DNA of 64,000 bases, taken from NCBI RefSeq assembly GCF_057098645.1, contig NZ_CM169472.1. One strand, written 5' to 3'. The notes under the pieces were generated by a model. The model did not search any database, was not told the DNA's origin, and saw only the letters and a list, made by a program, of their open reading frames with translations. How positions within the stretch are numbered: the stretch's first letter is position 1; every line of letters starts with the position of its first letter. Shown here one piece after another: positions 22,231-33,124 of the stretch. The translations under genes and the position numbers were made by a program.

Positions 22231-22799
22231 GTCGATCCCCTGACAAGGAAATGTGAACCCTGGACATCAACGCATCATAAATGTTTACGCAAGTGCATAA
22301 TGCACTCTTTCCACTATCAACAAGGAGGAGCAGAAACTGTGTAAATCGTACAATGGTAAGACTTATCAAAAATACAGGTTAATTTTGGTATTTAAACCTT
22401 TTTTACTTGTTAGTATGATACAAAGGCTTTCAAAAAAGCTGGGAAATTCAACAACTCTTGGAAATTATGGACTTTGTCCCGCGGCTTTAATCTGACGGCC
22501 GCGTTCCTTTTTTGACTCAATTATTGACCCCTTCTCTACGCAACTTCAGTTCCCACCACCAACTTTGCGGCAGTTTCATAGGATCAATGTCTAAAAGAAT
22601 AATGGTGAGCGATAAGAAAACGACTGAATAACTGCACATTTTCGCTCGAAAGCTTCCTGTCAGATCCATAGCGAATCAAGTGCTGAATGTCACAGTATCG
22701 AACAGAAAACAGTGACGATCTAACCCTTCAAGAATATTCTACGATTGTTCTGTTTAGGAAAAGCAAGGCGGGAAGTCGGGAGATAAGTCATTGATAAAG

Positions 22800-22861
22800 T
22801 GGCGGAGAGAGGGGGATTTGAACCCCCGGTAGAGTTGCCCCTACTCCGGTTTTCGAGACCG
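22800..22861 (-). repeat. Displaced 3' 62 nt of tRNA-Ser(CGA) serU = prophage att repeat
   Basis: Identical to 54162-54223 except for two paired substitutions. Carries the K-12-type bases. Confidence 0.85.
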
Positions 22862-23070
22862 ATGATACCGAATCGCAAAATCAAAAGGTTATAAATTTTT
22901 CTTGGAATAAATGTCTTAAAAACATACACGAAAAATCAATAAACTACGTTGAATTCAATAAGAATATTCCAAGCCTTCTTTGAGTTATTTTTGACCAGTT
23001 TGCTGTTTTTCTTTCTCATAAAATATTTCCTGATATCCCTTAACATTACTGATACTCAAGTAGTGAATTT

Positions 23071-23245
23071 ATGAGCAATCCTAATCCATGCATGACGTGT
23101 GGTGCCTGTTGTGCATTTTTCGCGTCTCTTTTTACTGGGCTGAAGCAGATGATGCTGGCGAAAGGTTTATCAGAAAACCGTAGCGCCTTCTTGCATACGA
23201 CGTGTCCGCAGTTTTATATAATCCCGACCAGAAACCTCTTATAAA
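23071..23245 (+). pseudogene. Remnant of a YkgJ-like cysteine-cluster protein gene
   Basis: MSNPNPCMTCGACCAFF then frame loss. Short fragment only. Confidence 0.3.
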
Positions 23246-23574
23246 AAGTCGATACACAAATATCATGGATAATCACCACCTTCTGACGAAGAATATCTGA
23301 TGAAATTAATCGCCCCTCTCCTGAGACCATTGCGCTGGGGTAAATTTGTAACTACGTGTGTACAGTGAGGTGTCGTATAGCACGCCGTCAGGAAATGCAA
23401 GGTGCCCCCGATATCCCCGACTACAAGTCAGCAAACAAAGTGATTGGCTGGCAATCCACATCACAGAAATGGACAATGCTACTTTATAATCGAGCTTGGT
23501 AGCCACCTTGATGGTCACTTTTAAAAAAAGCGTTTACACAAAATGATAAGCAGGCTCACAGGACCTCCCTCTAA

Positions 23575-24144
23575 TCATCCACATTGTAAAGCTCCTTTGT
23601 TGTAAGTAAGATCCGGCACCCTAATAATATCAAAAGGATCAAAATCATCACTGCATCCTTCCACAAGACATTTCATTGCTCGTAGATCACCATATAGCTC
23701 TGAAGAGTGATGCGGACATAACAGACCATAAACTTTACATTTAGAACTTTCTTTACCTTGTCTACTTTCCTCAATTTTTACTTTCAATGAATACAGAAAA
23801 AAAAGCTCCCTGATATAACCATCCCTGTCATCTATCGTCATCCCCTCCCTCAGTGCTCCGACAACCTCATCAGTATTTTCATTTCTCACCTCAAATACAC
23901 TATTTCTCTTATCCATCAGCCCACTTACAAAAGCACTTAGCTCTTGATAAATTTCCTCAAGCTCATTACTATTTCTGGCATTTGAGTATATAGAGATCAT
24001 AACATCAAGTTTATCTTGTAATTCAGGAGTAAGAAAATGATTATGATTAAGTTCACTTACTGATTCCGGAGTCGAAGGGTTACCTCTTCCTGATACATAC
24101 ATCCATGAATAAAGATTTGCTGAAGAGCCACTTGTTGGTAACAT
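23575..24144 (-). CDS. nleF: T3SS effector NleF
   Basis: 189 aa, MLPTSGSSANLYSWMYVSGRGNPSTPESV...DLTYNKGALQCG, near-identical to the recalled NleF. Confidence 0.9.
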   Translation of the reverse strand: MLPTSGSSANLYSWMYVSGRGNPSTPESVSELNHNHFLTPELQDKLDVMISIYSNARNSNELEEIYQELSAFVSGLMDKRNSVFEVRNENTDEVVGALREGMTIDDRDGYIRELFFLYSLKVKIEESRQGKESSKCKVYGLLCPHHSSELYGDLRAMKCLVEGCSDDFDPFDIIRVPDLTYNKGALQCG

Positions 24145-24198
24145 ATCAAAACCCCCTTAACAAATAAATATTATAAAAAATATGGCTGTATAAAAATA

Positions 24199-25110
24199 TT
24201 ATACCTTACTTAATACCACACTAATAAGATCTTGCTTTCCTCCATGATAAGATTGCATGATTTCATGTCTACTCCATGAAATATCAGAAACATTATAAGA
24301 TGATATATCTATTGGATTAAATTCATTTCTCACACGATCATATAAAACATTTGTTTCTGTTGTATCAACAAAAAGAATTCCTTTTTTTCCAGTCTCTCAA
24401 ACATATCATAAATAGCATGCTCAGCCTGTGCTGGCAAGGACGAAATATTTAAAAGCGATTCTCCATTTATTTTATCCATTCTAATACCAATAATATCTCT
24501 ATTATCGCCATATATTTTCTCTGCACTCCCGGCACCATAATACTGGTTGAAACAACGAACTTCGCTTGTCACCTCTTCATGGCTTTGAGATATAGTAAAC
24601 ATCTTCAACACTTTTGTTGTATTTTCCATATCTTCATACACGACAGCATTACCACCTTTACCAATAACGTTACCTAGCACGGGTGATTTGTTGTTGCTAA
24701 GCCTCAGCAACGCTGACTGAGTATAATCCGCTGGCGGTAACTCCGGCTGCGCATAATCCACTGGAGGTAAATCAGGTCTGTTCGAACGAACAGATCCTCT
24801 TTCTATAGTCGTGCTCACTGTCGATGAATTCAGCATAGCCTCAATTTTTCTGGTGATCTCTCCCTTAGGCCATCCCAGTCTATACAGCATATTAGTAAAA
24901 CATCCACTATGACTCTCTCTTGTCACGCAAAACCTATTATCACTTAAAACAACGCGATATGTTCTGTTGCTAACCTTTACTTGCGCCCCATTATCAGAGT
25001 GAGCGGCAGCATCCCTTACAGAGGGATAAAACACGATTATCAGGCAAAGTCAGGTTTCTGGTTAAAGAATTCCATGAACACCCCAAATTTACAGAAGATG
25101 GTGATAGCAT
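24199..25110 (-). pseudogene. nleH: T3SS effector kinase NleH, inactivated by two frameshifts
   Basis: MLSPSSVNLGCSWNSLTRNL.. start at 25110. Extra C near 25035. A7 run (24371-24378) where the frame needs A8. The C terminus ..ISVVLSKV* is readable in the shifted frame down to 24199. Confidence 0.85.
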
Positions 25111-25394
25111 ACATTTCAACCTTCAAAATGAATCAATCTTTACTTTCTTAACAAACATCACCATGACATGACAACAAAAAACTGGAAATTAACTATTGTT
25201 TTTGAGTATCTGGCAACTCATTCATCCTTCCAGCATCCCGTCAGACGAACGTTTACGAACTATAAATCAGGTATTACTGGCCCTCGAAATCTGGAGATAC
25301 TGACGTATCAACACGGTTCAGTAACACCCGATACCTCTTCCAGACTGTCAACAACGATGTCTCTTCATCCGTTGCGATCTGCAGCATCCTGAAT

Positions 25395-25691
25395 ATGAAT
25401 GCCATAGCTTACGGCATCACGAAAAGTTTATGAGCGGCTCAAAGCATCAAGTATAGTATTACTAATCATATCGACCGTATGCTGATCAATGAGTCTGCCA
25501 CGACTGTCATGGACGGCGCGTATTACACTTTCGTATACGTTGCTTAAATCTGCTGCGGAAAGTGGTATTCGCTTACCTATATCCAAAACGTAATCCGCAT
25601 AGGCATTTTCAGCACGATTAGGAGCAATGGGAGCAGAGTATCCTGCCGGGGCGGAAAAGTTGAAGTTGGACTGTAATGAGGGAATTTTCAT
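25395..25691 (-). pseudogene. nleC: T3SS effector protease NleC, N-terminal remnant with premature stop
   Basis: MKIPSLQSNFNFSAPAGYSAPIAPNR..DALSRS then TAA where Q is expected. [11 protein letters not shown] follows, then similarity ends. The HEIIH protease motif is absent. Confidence 0.7.
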
Positions 25692-25733
25692 GTTTATATC
25701 TAATACCCTGCAAATCATTTATTACAACAAAAT

Positions 25734-26753
25734 TGATCCTACCCACGTAATATGGACACAGGCCTAAGCGAGGTTCTTGTTTTCAAATTGTTCCGGACTG
25801 AGGCCGCCACACCAACTGTGCCGCCGCCACCGATTGTAATCACATTCGATATAATTAAACACCGTTGCCCGCATTATTTCCCGGCTGATAAAGTGTTCTC
25901 CATGGATACATTCCACTTTCAGCGAATGAAAGAAGCTTTCCACGCAGGCATTATCGTAGCAGCAACCTTTTGCGCTCATACTTCCACGCAGATTATGCCG
26001 CTTCAGTTGCGCCTGATAATCTGCTGAACAGTACTGGCCTCCACGGTCCGTGTGAACGATAACGTTCCGGGGCCTCTTACGCCGCCACAGCGCCATCTGC
26101 AGGGCATCGCAGGCCAGTTGCGCCGTCATGCGTGGCGACATTGACCAGCCAATAACGGCACGTGACCACAGGTCAATGACCACTGCCAGATACAGCCAGC
26201 CTTCATCTGTACGTAAGTACGTGATGTCTCCTGCCCACTTCTGGTTCGGGCCACTGGCGTAAAAATCCTGCTCCAACAGATTTTCTGACACAGGCAGGCC
26301 GTGTGCGCGGTAGCTGACCGGGCTGAACTTCCGGGAGGCCTTTGCCCTCAGTCCCTGACGGCGCAGGCTTGCCGCCACGGTTTTTACGTTAAAGGGGTAA
26401 CCCTGAGCACGCAGTTCATCCGTCAGGCGTGGGGCACCGTAACGCTGTTTTGACCGGGTAAAAGCCGCGAGGACAACGCTGTCGCAGTGTTGGCGGAACT
26501 GCTGACGCGTGCTTATCCTTGTCCGCCGCTGACACCACGTATACCAGCCGCTGCGGGCCACCCGGAGCACGCGGCACATTGCTTTGATGCTGAACTCAGC
26601 CTGATGTTTTTCAATAAAGACATACTTCATTTCAGGCGCTTCGCGAAGTATGTCGCGGCCTTTTGGAGGATAGCCAGCTCTTCATCCCGTTCTGCCAGCT
26701 GGCGTTTGAGACGTGCAATCTCGGTAGACATCTCCAGTTCACGTTCAGAAGAC
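25734..26753 (-). mobile_element. IS3, truncated (1020 of about 1258 bp) by IS629
   Basis: Right end tgatcctacccacgtaatatggacacagg at 25734. Intact insF. insE is cut at 26753 by the IS629 terminus. Confidence 0.9.
25764..26630 (-). CDS. insF: IS3 transposase OrfB (InsF)
   Basis: 288 aa, [30 protein letters not shown].., recognised as IS3 InsF. Confidence 0.9.
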
Positions 26754-26795
26754 TGAACCGCCCCGGGTTTCCTGGAGAGTGTTTTATCTGTGAAC

Positions 26796-27686
26796 TCAGG
26801 CTGCCAGATCATCGTTTCCGATGGAAGCATAATAAGCTTTTTCTGCTTCTGCCGGGGGAGTATGGCCCAGCCTTTCCAGCAATCGTCGATTGTTATACCA
26901 GTCCACCCACGTGAGTGTGGCCAGTTCCACTTCTGCACGGTTTTTCCAGCTCTTACGGTGTATTACCTCCGCTTTGTAAAGACCATTGATGCTCTCCGCC
27001 ATCGCGTTGTCATACGAGTCACCTGTACTCCCTGTTGATGCCAGCAGTTTTGCTTCTTTTAGTCGCTCCGTATAGGCCAGTGATACATACTGAGAACCTT
27101 TATCACTGTGATGGACTGTGCCGGACGGCCGACGGGCCCACAACGCCTGCTCCAGTGCATCCAGCACGAATGTCGTTTCCATGGACGATGAGACCCGCCA
27201 CCCCACGATGTATCCGGCAAACACATCAATGATGAACGCCACATAGACGAAGCCCCGCCATGTGCTGACGTAAGTAAAATCAGCCACCCACAGCTGGTCA
27301 GGTCGTTCTGCCACGAACTGACGGTTTACGCGGTCGCCTGCGGCAACGGCTTTCCGGCTGATGGTCGTACGGACCTTTTTACCCCGGAGAACACCGGCAA
27401 GTCCCATAACTGCCATGAGACGTGCCACAGTGCATCTGGCCACTCTGATACCTTCCCGTAACAACTGACGCCAGACTTTACGCACACCGTATACCTGGTG
27501 ATTTTCATCGTATACGCGCTGTATCTCTTTCTTCAGCCAGTCATCGTGCTGCGCACGGGCACTGCGTTTATCCGGATGATGTCGCTGTTGCTGACAATGG
27601 TAATACGTTGACGGGGCAATATGCAGTTCGCTGCATAGCGGTCCGACCCCGTACTGCTCACGCAGCTTATCCAGCAGTGGCATCAT
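26796..27686 (-). CDS. IS629 OrfB (DDE transposase domain)
   Basis: 296 aa, [22 protein letters not shown].. Confidence 0.9.
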   Translation of the reverse strand: MMPLLDKLREQYGVGPLCSELHIAPSTYYHCQQQRHHPDKRSARAQHDDWLKKEIQRVYDENHQVYGVRKVWRQLLREGIRVARCTVARLMAVMGLAGVLRGKKVRTTISRKAVAAGDRVNRQFVAERPDQLWVADFTYVSTWRGFVYVAFIIDVFAGYIVGWRVSSSMETTFVLDALEQALWARRPSGTVHHSDKGSQYVSLAYTERLKEAKLLASTGSTGDSYDNAMAESINGLYKAEVIHRKSWKNRAEVELATLTWVDWYNNRRLLERLGHTPPAEAEKAYYASIGNDDLAA

Positions 27687-28009
27687 TTTTTCCAGAGGCG
27701 GTCGAACTCCGCCTTCGCAAAATAAGCGGAAGCCTGGCGAAGGATATCGTTACTGCGGCGCAGTTCACGATTTTCACGCTCCAGCTCTTTCAGACGCTGA
27801 CGTTCAGCGGTGGTGAGCCCGCCATCACCGCCCCCGGTATCCCGCTCATGCTGGCGAACCCAGACACGCAGAGTCTCCGGCGTACAGCCAATCTTTGGAG
27901 CAATGGAACAAATTGTCGCCCATTGTGAGTCATATTCATCCTGACTTTCCAGAACCATACGAATCGCCCGCTGACGGACTTCGGGGGAAAAACGAGTATT
28001 TTTAGTCAT
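27683..28009 (-). CDS. IS629 OrfA
   Basis: 108 aa, [22 protein letters not shown].. ATGA overlap with orfB. Confidence 0.9.
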   Translation of the reverse strand: MTKNTRFSPEVRQRAIRMVLESQDEYDSQWATICSIAPKIGCTPETLRVWVRQHERDTGGGDGGLTTAERQRLKELERENRELRRSNDILRQASAYFAKAEFDRLWKK

Positions 28010-28063
28010 CCTGTTTACCTCTTTCTCAGGGAGTTTAGTCTCCAGGATTTCCGGGGCGGTTCA

Positions 28064-28979
28064 GACCGTCACGGGTCCACATGCCCGTGTTTTCACAGAT
28101 CCACCGCCCGTTGCTCTGGTCCAGTTCAGACTGATGGATCACGCAGCCATGATGTTCACAGAGGTAGAAAACACTTTCGGGGCTGTCCTTCTCCCATTTA
28201 AGCCCAAAAGGCGTGGACTCATCGCCAAATTTCAGATACTGCGCCTCCCCACAGTGCGGGCAGGGCACATAAAAACGCATAAAATGCGCCGACTCGTTAG
28301 CGGCTTTTTCGATCTGGCAGGTGCCTTTGATTTTAGGCGTCGAGCCGCGAATGGATTTTGGCCACACCGACCCCTCAATACGCTTATCCCCCAGCAGGGT
28401 TGGCGAGCCCTCTTTTTCGACATCCGGCTCGAACGAGGAAAGTTCGTCATAGCAGACCACGTCCACGGATTTTTCACGGTAGTTTTTGGCGGCAGCGCCG
28501 CCCAGGCACCAGAAACCGACGCCCGATGAAAAGCGTTTCAGCGTGAGAGTATTGTCACGATGTTTACGACCCAGCCATGGGGAAAGGTCTTTCAGGCATG
28601 GCACGTTCCGAATCGTCGCCTCCACGTGAGACTTCATAAAATCTTCAGCGGCAGAATCCGTGGGCTGAAAAAGCAGACTGTTTCGGGATTTATGCTCAAT
28701 AAAATACCCGACCACCCCCAGCAACATCTTTGTATAGCCAACACGGGCAGATTTAATCAGGTTAACCGTGCGAACCTGGTCGTTACCCATACAGTTCATA
28801 ATGGCGATCTGGAATGGCAGCGTTTTCCATTCGCCCTCACCGTATGAGGATTCTTTAGGCAGATAATAATTTTGATCAGCCCATTCAACTGCCGTCATTG
28901 GTACAACCCTGACCAGAGGCTGCAGCGCAACCGAAACGGCAGCCATCATATTATTCAGTTGTTGCTCTGATATATTCAT
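28064..28979 (-). pseudogene. Lambda-type terminase large subunit (gpA), N-terminal ~305 codons, truncated by IS629
   Basis: MNISEQQLNN..AVEWADQNYYLPKES..VPCPHCGEAQYLKFGD..TGMWTRDGL parallels lambda A up to about residue 306 of 641, then runs into the IS629 end. Confidence 0.85.
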
Positions 28980-29460
28980 CGAGTAAATCCGGTAATTTAT
29001 CCCCTGCCCGCGCACACTGATTTGCCCCCTTAGCAATAAGGGTTTTCAGATGGTCAAGATGGCGCGGTGTTAAATCAGGAAACTGTCGCTGCATGGATAA
29101 AGGGATGGAATCAAGCGTACTGGATAACGCCATTGCCAGCTTACTGAGGGCAAAAATACAGAACCCGGTGTCAATAAGTTTTCCTTTTGACACCTCATTT
29201 TTTAACTGCTGTGTAACAGCCTGTTCTGCTGTCAGTTCCCATCTGGCAATAAGCAATTTCTCCTCATAGTCGTCTTCGCTATCGCCATCAGGCACATCGT
29301 TTTTACTTCTCCTCAGATACGATATGTAAAAATCGCGCCAGGCATCCAGATCCAGTTGCCCTCGCTTATTTGATATCGGGGCACCCGGCAATTTCTGCAA
29401 TCTGCGAAGCTGGCGATCGGTCAGACTTAAATGCCTGGCAACTTCAGTCTGCGTAGCCAC
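28951..29460 (-). CDS. Lambda-type terminase small subunit (Nu1)
   Basis: GTG start. 169 aa. The C half ..IDTGFCIFALSKLAMALSSTLDSIPLSMQRQFPDL.. parallels lambda Nu1. Adjacent to cos. Confidence 0.8.
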   Translation of the reverse strand: MATQTEVARHLSLTDRQLRRLQKLPGAPISNKRGQLDLDAWRDFYISYLRRSKNDVPDGDSEDDYEEKLLIARWELTAEQAVTQQLKNEVSKGKLIDTGFCIFALSKLAMALSSTLDSIPLSMQRQFPDLTPRHLDHLKTLIAKGANQCARAGDKLPDLLDEYIRATTE

Positions 29461-29643
29461 TCCTCACCTCGCAAAAACTCTCACCTCACAATTAGCACAA
29501 AACCGATCATGTCCGGTTTATATGTCCATTTTTTGCGCATGTCCGGTTCACGGAAAGCCCGTTCTTATATTTTTCATGTAGTTAACTTGCAGAGAAACCG
29601 GACATGGTTCCCGGAAAATTTTCATAAATAGCGAAAACCCGCG

Positions 29644-29655
29644 AGGTCGCCGCCC
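29644..29655. other. Lambda-type cosN (12-nt cohesive end)
   Basis: aggtcgccgccc is the reverse complement of GGGCGGCGACCT. Flanking sequence matches the lambda cos region (ttttcataaatagcgaaaacccgcg). Confidence 0.75.
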
Positions 29656-29861
29656 CGTAACCTGTCGGATCGCCGGAAAGGACCCGCAAAATGATAATAA
29701 TTATCATCTACATGAGGTTTATCACGACATGTGTGTACGCCATCAAACCACGAGAAATAATCAATTATTACGCAGGTATCGTATTAATTGATCTGCATCA
29801 AATTAGCGTAAAAGCAACTTCAGATAATACAAATCAGCAACACTGAATACGGGGCAACATT

Positions 29862-30086
29862 ATGTCATCAAAGAACAGAACCCGCAGAACAACAACCCGC
29901 AACATCCGATTTCCAAACCAGATAATTGAACAAATTAACATCGCTCTTGACCTGAAAGGTTCAGGTAATTTTTCAGCGTGGGTTATTGAAGCCTGCAGAA
30001 GAAGATTAATTAATGAAAAATATTCTCAATTTGTACCCAACAAAGACAAACACGACCAGAGCACCTGTTCAGACAGGTTTACTTAA
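29862..30086 (+). CDS. Small lambda-right-end protein (YnfO/YlcI-like)
   Basis: MSSKNRTRRTTTRNIRFPNQIIEQINIAL.. corresponds to the ORF at the right end of the lambda genome. Confidence 0.6.
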   Translation: MSSKNRTRRTTTRNIRFPNQIIEQINIALDLKGSGNFSAWVIEACRRRLINEKYSQFVPNKDKHDQSTCSDRFT

Positions 30087-30167
30087 ACGACTTATATATG
30101 ACACAAAAAGCGACCACTAAAGTCGCTTTTTCTTATGGTAACAGGCAATAACTCTCTCAGATATTTT

Positions 30168-30482
30168 TTAGCATTTTTTTGACCGCGCGTTTCCGGACGT
30201 ATTCTGTTCTCCTGTCCCTTTATATCGTCGGAATACCCGCCGCTCTTCAAATCCCATTCCCAACTCAGAATGTAGTCTGTTGACCGCTTGTTTTATTTCG
30301 GTCAGGTTCACCGGTGAAACCGGAGTCCGGCGCGCCTTACGCAAACACTCTGCTCGTTTCTGTGCCGCCACTTTTCTTTTCTGGTCATCACTTAGCTGTA
30401 CCATCACTTTTGCCCATCGTTCAGCTGCTCTCCGGTACAGTCCTTTTTTCTCCAGACATTCTGCCACGTGATCATGTAGCAT
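30168..30482 (-). CDS. pch: PerC/Pch-family transcriptional activator
   Basis: Contains the GLYRRAAERW motif typical of PerC/Pch. 104 aa. Prophage location next to cos. Confidence 0.7.
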   Translation of the reverse strand: MLHDHVAECLEKKGLYRRAAERWAKVMVQLSDDQKRKVAAQKRAECLRKARRTPVSPVNLTEIKQAVNRLHSELGMGFEERRVFRRYKGTGEQNTSGNARSKKC

Positions 30483-30947
30483 AAGTGACCTCCGATTATC
30501 TACAGACTGCCATCCTGAATTTACCTTCCCTTAATGAAATAACAATAAAAAACAAACCACGCAAAAACAATAAAACAACACACAAAAAAAACTAAATAAT
30601 AAACAAAAATAATCACCTTATTTTATTATTTTTTGAGGGAGCAATTACTGAACAAAAAACGCTGACTATATACTCAAAACCAAACAACTATTCTGCCAAT
30701 CAGGTATCATGGCAACACACGGAATTACCGTGTTTTTGCCTTCTCTGCCCATACAATACGGGCATATACTTCATTCTCTATTGTAATATTTCTATCCATG
30801 TGCCCCACTCCATTTACCTGTAAATAATATTCAAAATATTTATCACAGAAATCGTTTTTGGCCATGAACTGAGCACACTATAAAGTCCGGAACTGACTCT
30901 TTGTTAAATTACCTTAACGTTACCAGTAACACCTTCATAACAAAACA

Positions 30948-31415
30948 TCACGGTATACACTGGGTACGGATATATTCCTGTGCTCCTTCCAGTTGCTTCT
31001 GCATTGCCATCAGCCGTTCTCTGAGGATGAAATAATCCCGTTCAGCGGCTTCTGCCAGTCGGGGACCGGTTGCATTATCCACGCCGGAGGTGATGGGGGC
31101 TTTACGCAAGGAGCCTGGACAGTTGGCGTTGATGCGCAGGCGCTTACGACCAGCGGCAACATCAGCACGCAGAGTTTCATTTTCAGCTCTCGCATCGGCT
31201 AATTCCCTCGAGTATCTGGCATCAAGTGCAGCGACATCACGCTGGCGTATCTGCATATCAGTAATTGTCGCGTTCGCCAGCTCCAGCTCACTGGCTTTTT
31301 TATCGCGCTGCTCTTTGTAGATGATGGCGTGATCACGGTAATGATTCAGCCCCAGACTAAGCACACCACAGGCTACCAGCAGGACAATAATCACCACACA
31401 CAGAACACGGTTCAT
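30948..31415 (-). CDS. i-spanin Rz
   Basis: N-terminal TM, coiled-coil periplasmic domain, embedded Rz1 frame. Confidence 0.85.
   Translation of the reverse strand: MNRVLCVVIIVLLVACGVLSLGLNHYRDHAIIYKEQRDKKASELELANATITDMQIRQRDVAALDARYSRELADARAENETLRADVAAGRKRLRINANCPGSLRKAPITSGVDNATGPRLAEAAERDYFILRERLMAMQKQLEGAQEYIRTQCIP
31010..31195 (-). CDS. o-spanin Rz1 (embedded lipoprotein)
   Basis: ..MLPLVVSAC lipobox and proline-rich [15 protein letters not shown], as in lambda Rz1. Lies in the +1 frame inside Rz. Confidence 0.8.
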   Translation of the reverse strand: MRELKMKLCVLMLPLVVSACASTPTVQAPCVKPPSPPAWIMQPVPDWQKPLNGIISSSENG

Positions 31416-31566
31416 ATCCCCCTCACCCCACCAGCCATGACAAAGTTAAGACGCGCCAGGCAGTGGAAAAGCAAATAGCAACCAGCATTAGTGAAAATGA
31501 AATGCCGACGATTACACAGAGGATCTTCGCCAGCGTTATGAGCTTGTCTGACATGCTTAATCCTCT

Positions 31567-31749
31567 TCACGATTTCAACGCAATGACCAGTTTTGCCAGC
31601 CCATACAGCATCGGAGACACAGCAATACCGACCGCCACCCACTTAATAGCAAAAGCCAGCGCTCTGCTGACGTCATCAGTTACAGGCGCTTTCAGTTCAA
31701 GGCCGTTTTTCATAGTCAATCTCAACAGAATTCGTTTATACTTTCCCAT
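31567..31749 (-). CDS. Small C-terminally membrane-anchored hypothetical protein
   Basis: MGKYKRILLRL.. with one hydrophobic helix. Lies between the endolysin and Rz genes. Confidence 0.3.
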   Translation of the reverse strand: MGKYKRILLRLTMKNGLELKAPVTDDVSRALAFAIKWVAVGIAVSPMLYGLAKLVIALKS

Positions 31750-31904
31750 GTTCTCCCTTGCCTTACTCAAGGTCAGAAACACAAAACCCCGTTTGCGGCC
31801 AACAAACGGGGTTTTACTTTTATTCACTTAGTTTTTGCCAGTTCGCAGGATTTCGTGTTATCCGCCAGTGTGAGCAAACCGCATTTTTCAGCAAAATATT
31901 CTGC

Positions 31905-32438
31905 TTATCTGTCAATTCCCCAGCACGCCAGCGCGCTCTCCTGGTCACGCCGTGAAACCTGACCGTAGCAGTTGTTTGAGCGAATACGGCAGTCTCTGCC
32001 ACCGTCCTTAATCCACCAGCGAATCGCTTCGCAGGCACCTTTTAGATCACCTGCATTAATCCGTCTGTAAAACGTAGACGGGAAACACTTACCGGGGCCA
32101 ATGTTATAAGGACAAAATGACGCGATACCCGCCTTCTGGGGTTCGGTCAGCGGTACTTTAATATTGCGCTCCACCCACTCCAGCGCCTTATCACGTTCAA
32201 TGGCGTTAACCTGGTCGCATTTTTCCTTCGACAACTTCATGCCCGGGACGACAGGTTTACCATCCACTCGGGTGGTACCGCGGCAGATGGTCCAGATCCC
32301 CGCACCATCACGGTATGCCGTGGTGTGGTTACCTTCTTTTTCGTCAAGAAACTGGTCGAGGATTTCAGGCGCAGACGCCCCTGCACCAATCAGCGCCAGA
32401 ACGGCAGCCGACAGGCCGTATCTGATTTTTGCGTTCAT
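31905..32438 (-). CDS. Endolysin (lysozyme, probable signal-anchor-release type)
   Basis: 177 aa. N-terminal hydrophobic segment SAAVLALIGAGA, then E..D..T lysozyme-like core (EGNHTTAYRDGAGIWTICRG). Confidence 0.9.
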   Translation of the reverse strand: MNAKIRYGLSAAVLALIGAGASAPEILDQFLDEKEGNHTTAYRDGAGIWTICRGTTRVDGKPVVPGMKLSKEKCDQVNAIERDKALEWVERNIKVPLTEPQKAGIASFCPYNIGPGKCFPSTFYRRINAGDLKGACEAIRWWIKDGGRDCRIRSNNCYGQVSRRDQESALACWGIDR

Positions 32439-32488
32439 GGATATTTATCAGGGTTTATCGATTTCAAATCCCTGGATATGTTAAGTCT

Positions 32489-32833
32489 TCAGGCCAGCGG
32501 TGGAGTCTTCAGAGAACCAGTAATTATTCCCGGTAGTTTTCCTCTGTAGGTTATCAACACATCCTGCGCCTCTAAAATTACGGGGCGCTTTTCCGGCAAC
32601 GGACCATCCCCTTCACATAACCCGGCAGCAACATCCATGAAAAACTGCTTCGCCTGCTTTTTCGCCTCAGCTTCGTAAAACTCCAGCGTGGCACCTTCAG
32701 TACGGTCAAGACTAATCGCCACATCTGGCAACAACAGTGACGGATACCCACCAATTTCCAGTGCCACAGTAACAGTAATCTTATCCGGGTAATTATTTAT
32801 CCCTTTAACACCCAGTTCGTATTTTTTCTTCAT
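32489..32833 (-). CDS. Conserved lambdoid lysis-cassette protein of unknown function (YdfR-like)
   Basis: 114 aa between holin and endolysin. Resembles K-12 Qin YdfR (..VTVTVAL..GATLEFYEA..). Confidence 0.6.
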   Translation of the reverse strand: MKKKYELGVKGINNYPDKITVTVALEIGGYPSLLLPDVAISLDRTEGATLEFYEAEAKKQAKQFFMDVAAGLCEGDGPLPEKRPVILEAQDVLITYRGKLPGIITGSLKTPPLA

Positions 32834-32837
32834 CGCT

Positions 32838-33044
32838 TTACTCCCCCCGCGCCGCCTTACGACGGTCCTCTCTGATTTTGAAATACAGGTTAGTCAGATA
32901 CGTCAGCAGGCCAAACAGCAGACTCCCCAGCACACCGATTGCCACCCACTGGGACGGAGAGACTTTGTCCAGCAGCTGCAGTAACCAGTATCCCGTCCCC
33001 ACCGCTGACGTGGTGTATGACACACCTGTTGTGATTTTTTCCAT
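32838..33044 (-). CDS. Holin
   Basis: 68 aa, two TM helices, charged C tail ([11 protein letters not shown]). First gene of the lysis cassette. Confidence 0.8.
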   Translation of the reverse strand: MEKITTGVSYTTSAVGTGYWLLQLLDKVSPSQWVAIGVLGSLLFGLLTYLTNLYFKIREDRRKAARGE

Positions 33045-33090
33045 CTGATGTATGTCTCCGTCACCGCCGACAGAAAATGAAAGTAAAGGA

Positions 33091-33124
33091 AAACAAAAAG
33101 CCGCCAGTGTCGCCCACTGACGGC
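33091..33124 (-). terminator. Intrinsic terminator upstream of holin
   Basis: gccgtcagtg-ggcga-cactggcggc stem followed by tttttgtttt on the minus strand. Confidence 0.45.

Larger units (their letters stand above)
26754..28063 (-). mobile_element. IS629 copy 1 (1310 bp)
   Basis: Ends tgaaccgccccgggtttcctggag.. and ..ctccaggatttccggggcggttca. orfA/orfB pair of the IS3 family. Confidence 0.95.

Noticed and set aside
25111-25394. Possible continuation of nleC (a weak ..SPDFEGQ resemblance to ..SPDFTEYS)
   Set aside because: Similarity is limited to a few residues in a different frame. I cannot show that this is the nleC 3' region rather than unrelated DNA.
26627-26938. 103-aa [15 protein letters not shown]... 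and its twin at 48280..48492
   Set aside because: These are read-through frames that start inside the IS629 right end and run into the flanking DNA (IS3 insE in one case, phage DNA in the other). They are artefacts of the insertion, not genes.
26751-28066. Apparent 3-bp 'target duplication' gac on both sides of IS629 copy 1
   Set aside because: The flanks are unrelated sequences (IS3 interior and gpA), so this cannot be a simple insertion. A 3-bp match has a 1/64 chance and is treated as coincidence.
30727-30870. 47-aa minus-strand ORF (MAKNDFCDKYFEYYLQVNGVGH...) between Rz and pch, at the position of lambda bor
   Set aside because: It is unlike Bor (no lipobox), short, and has a weak RBS. 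It cannot be supported from sequence alone.
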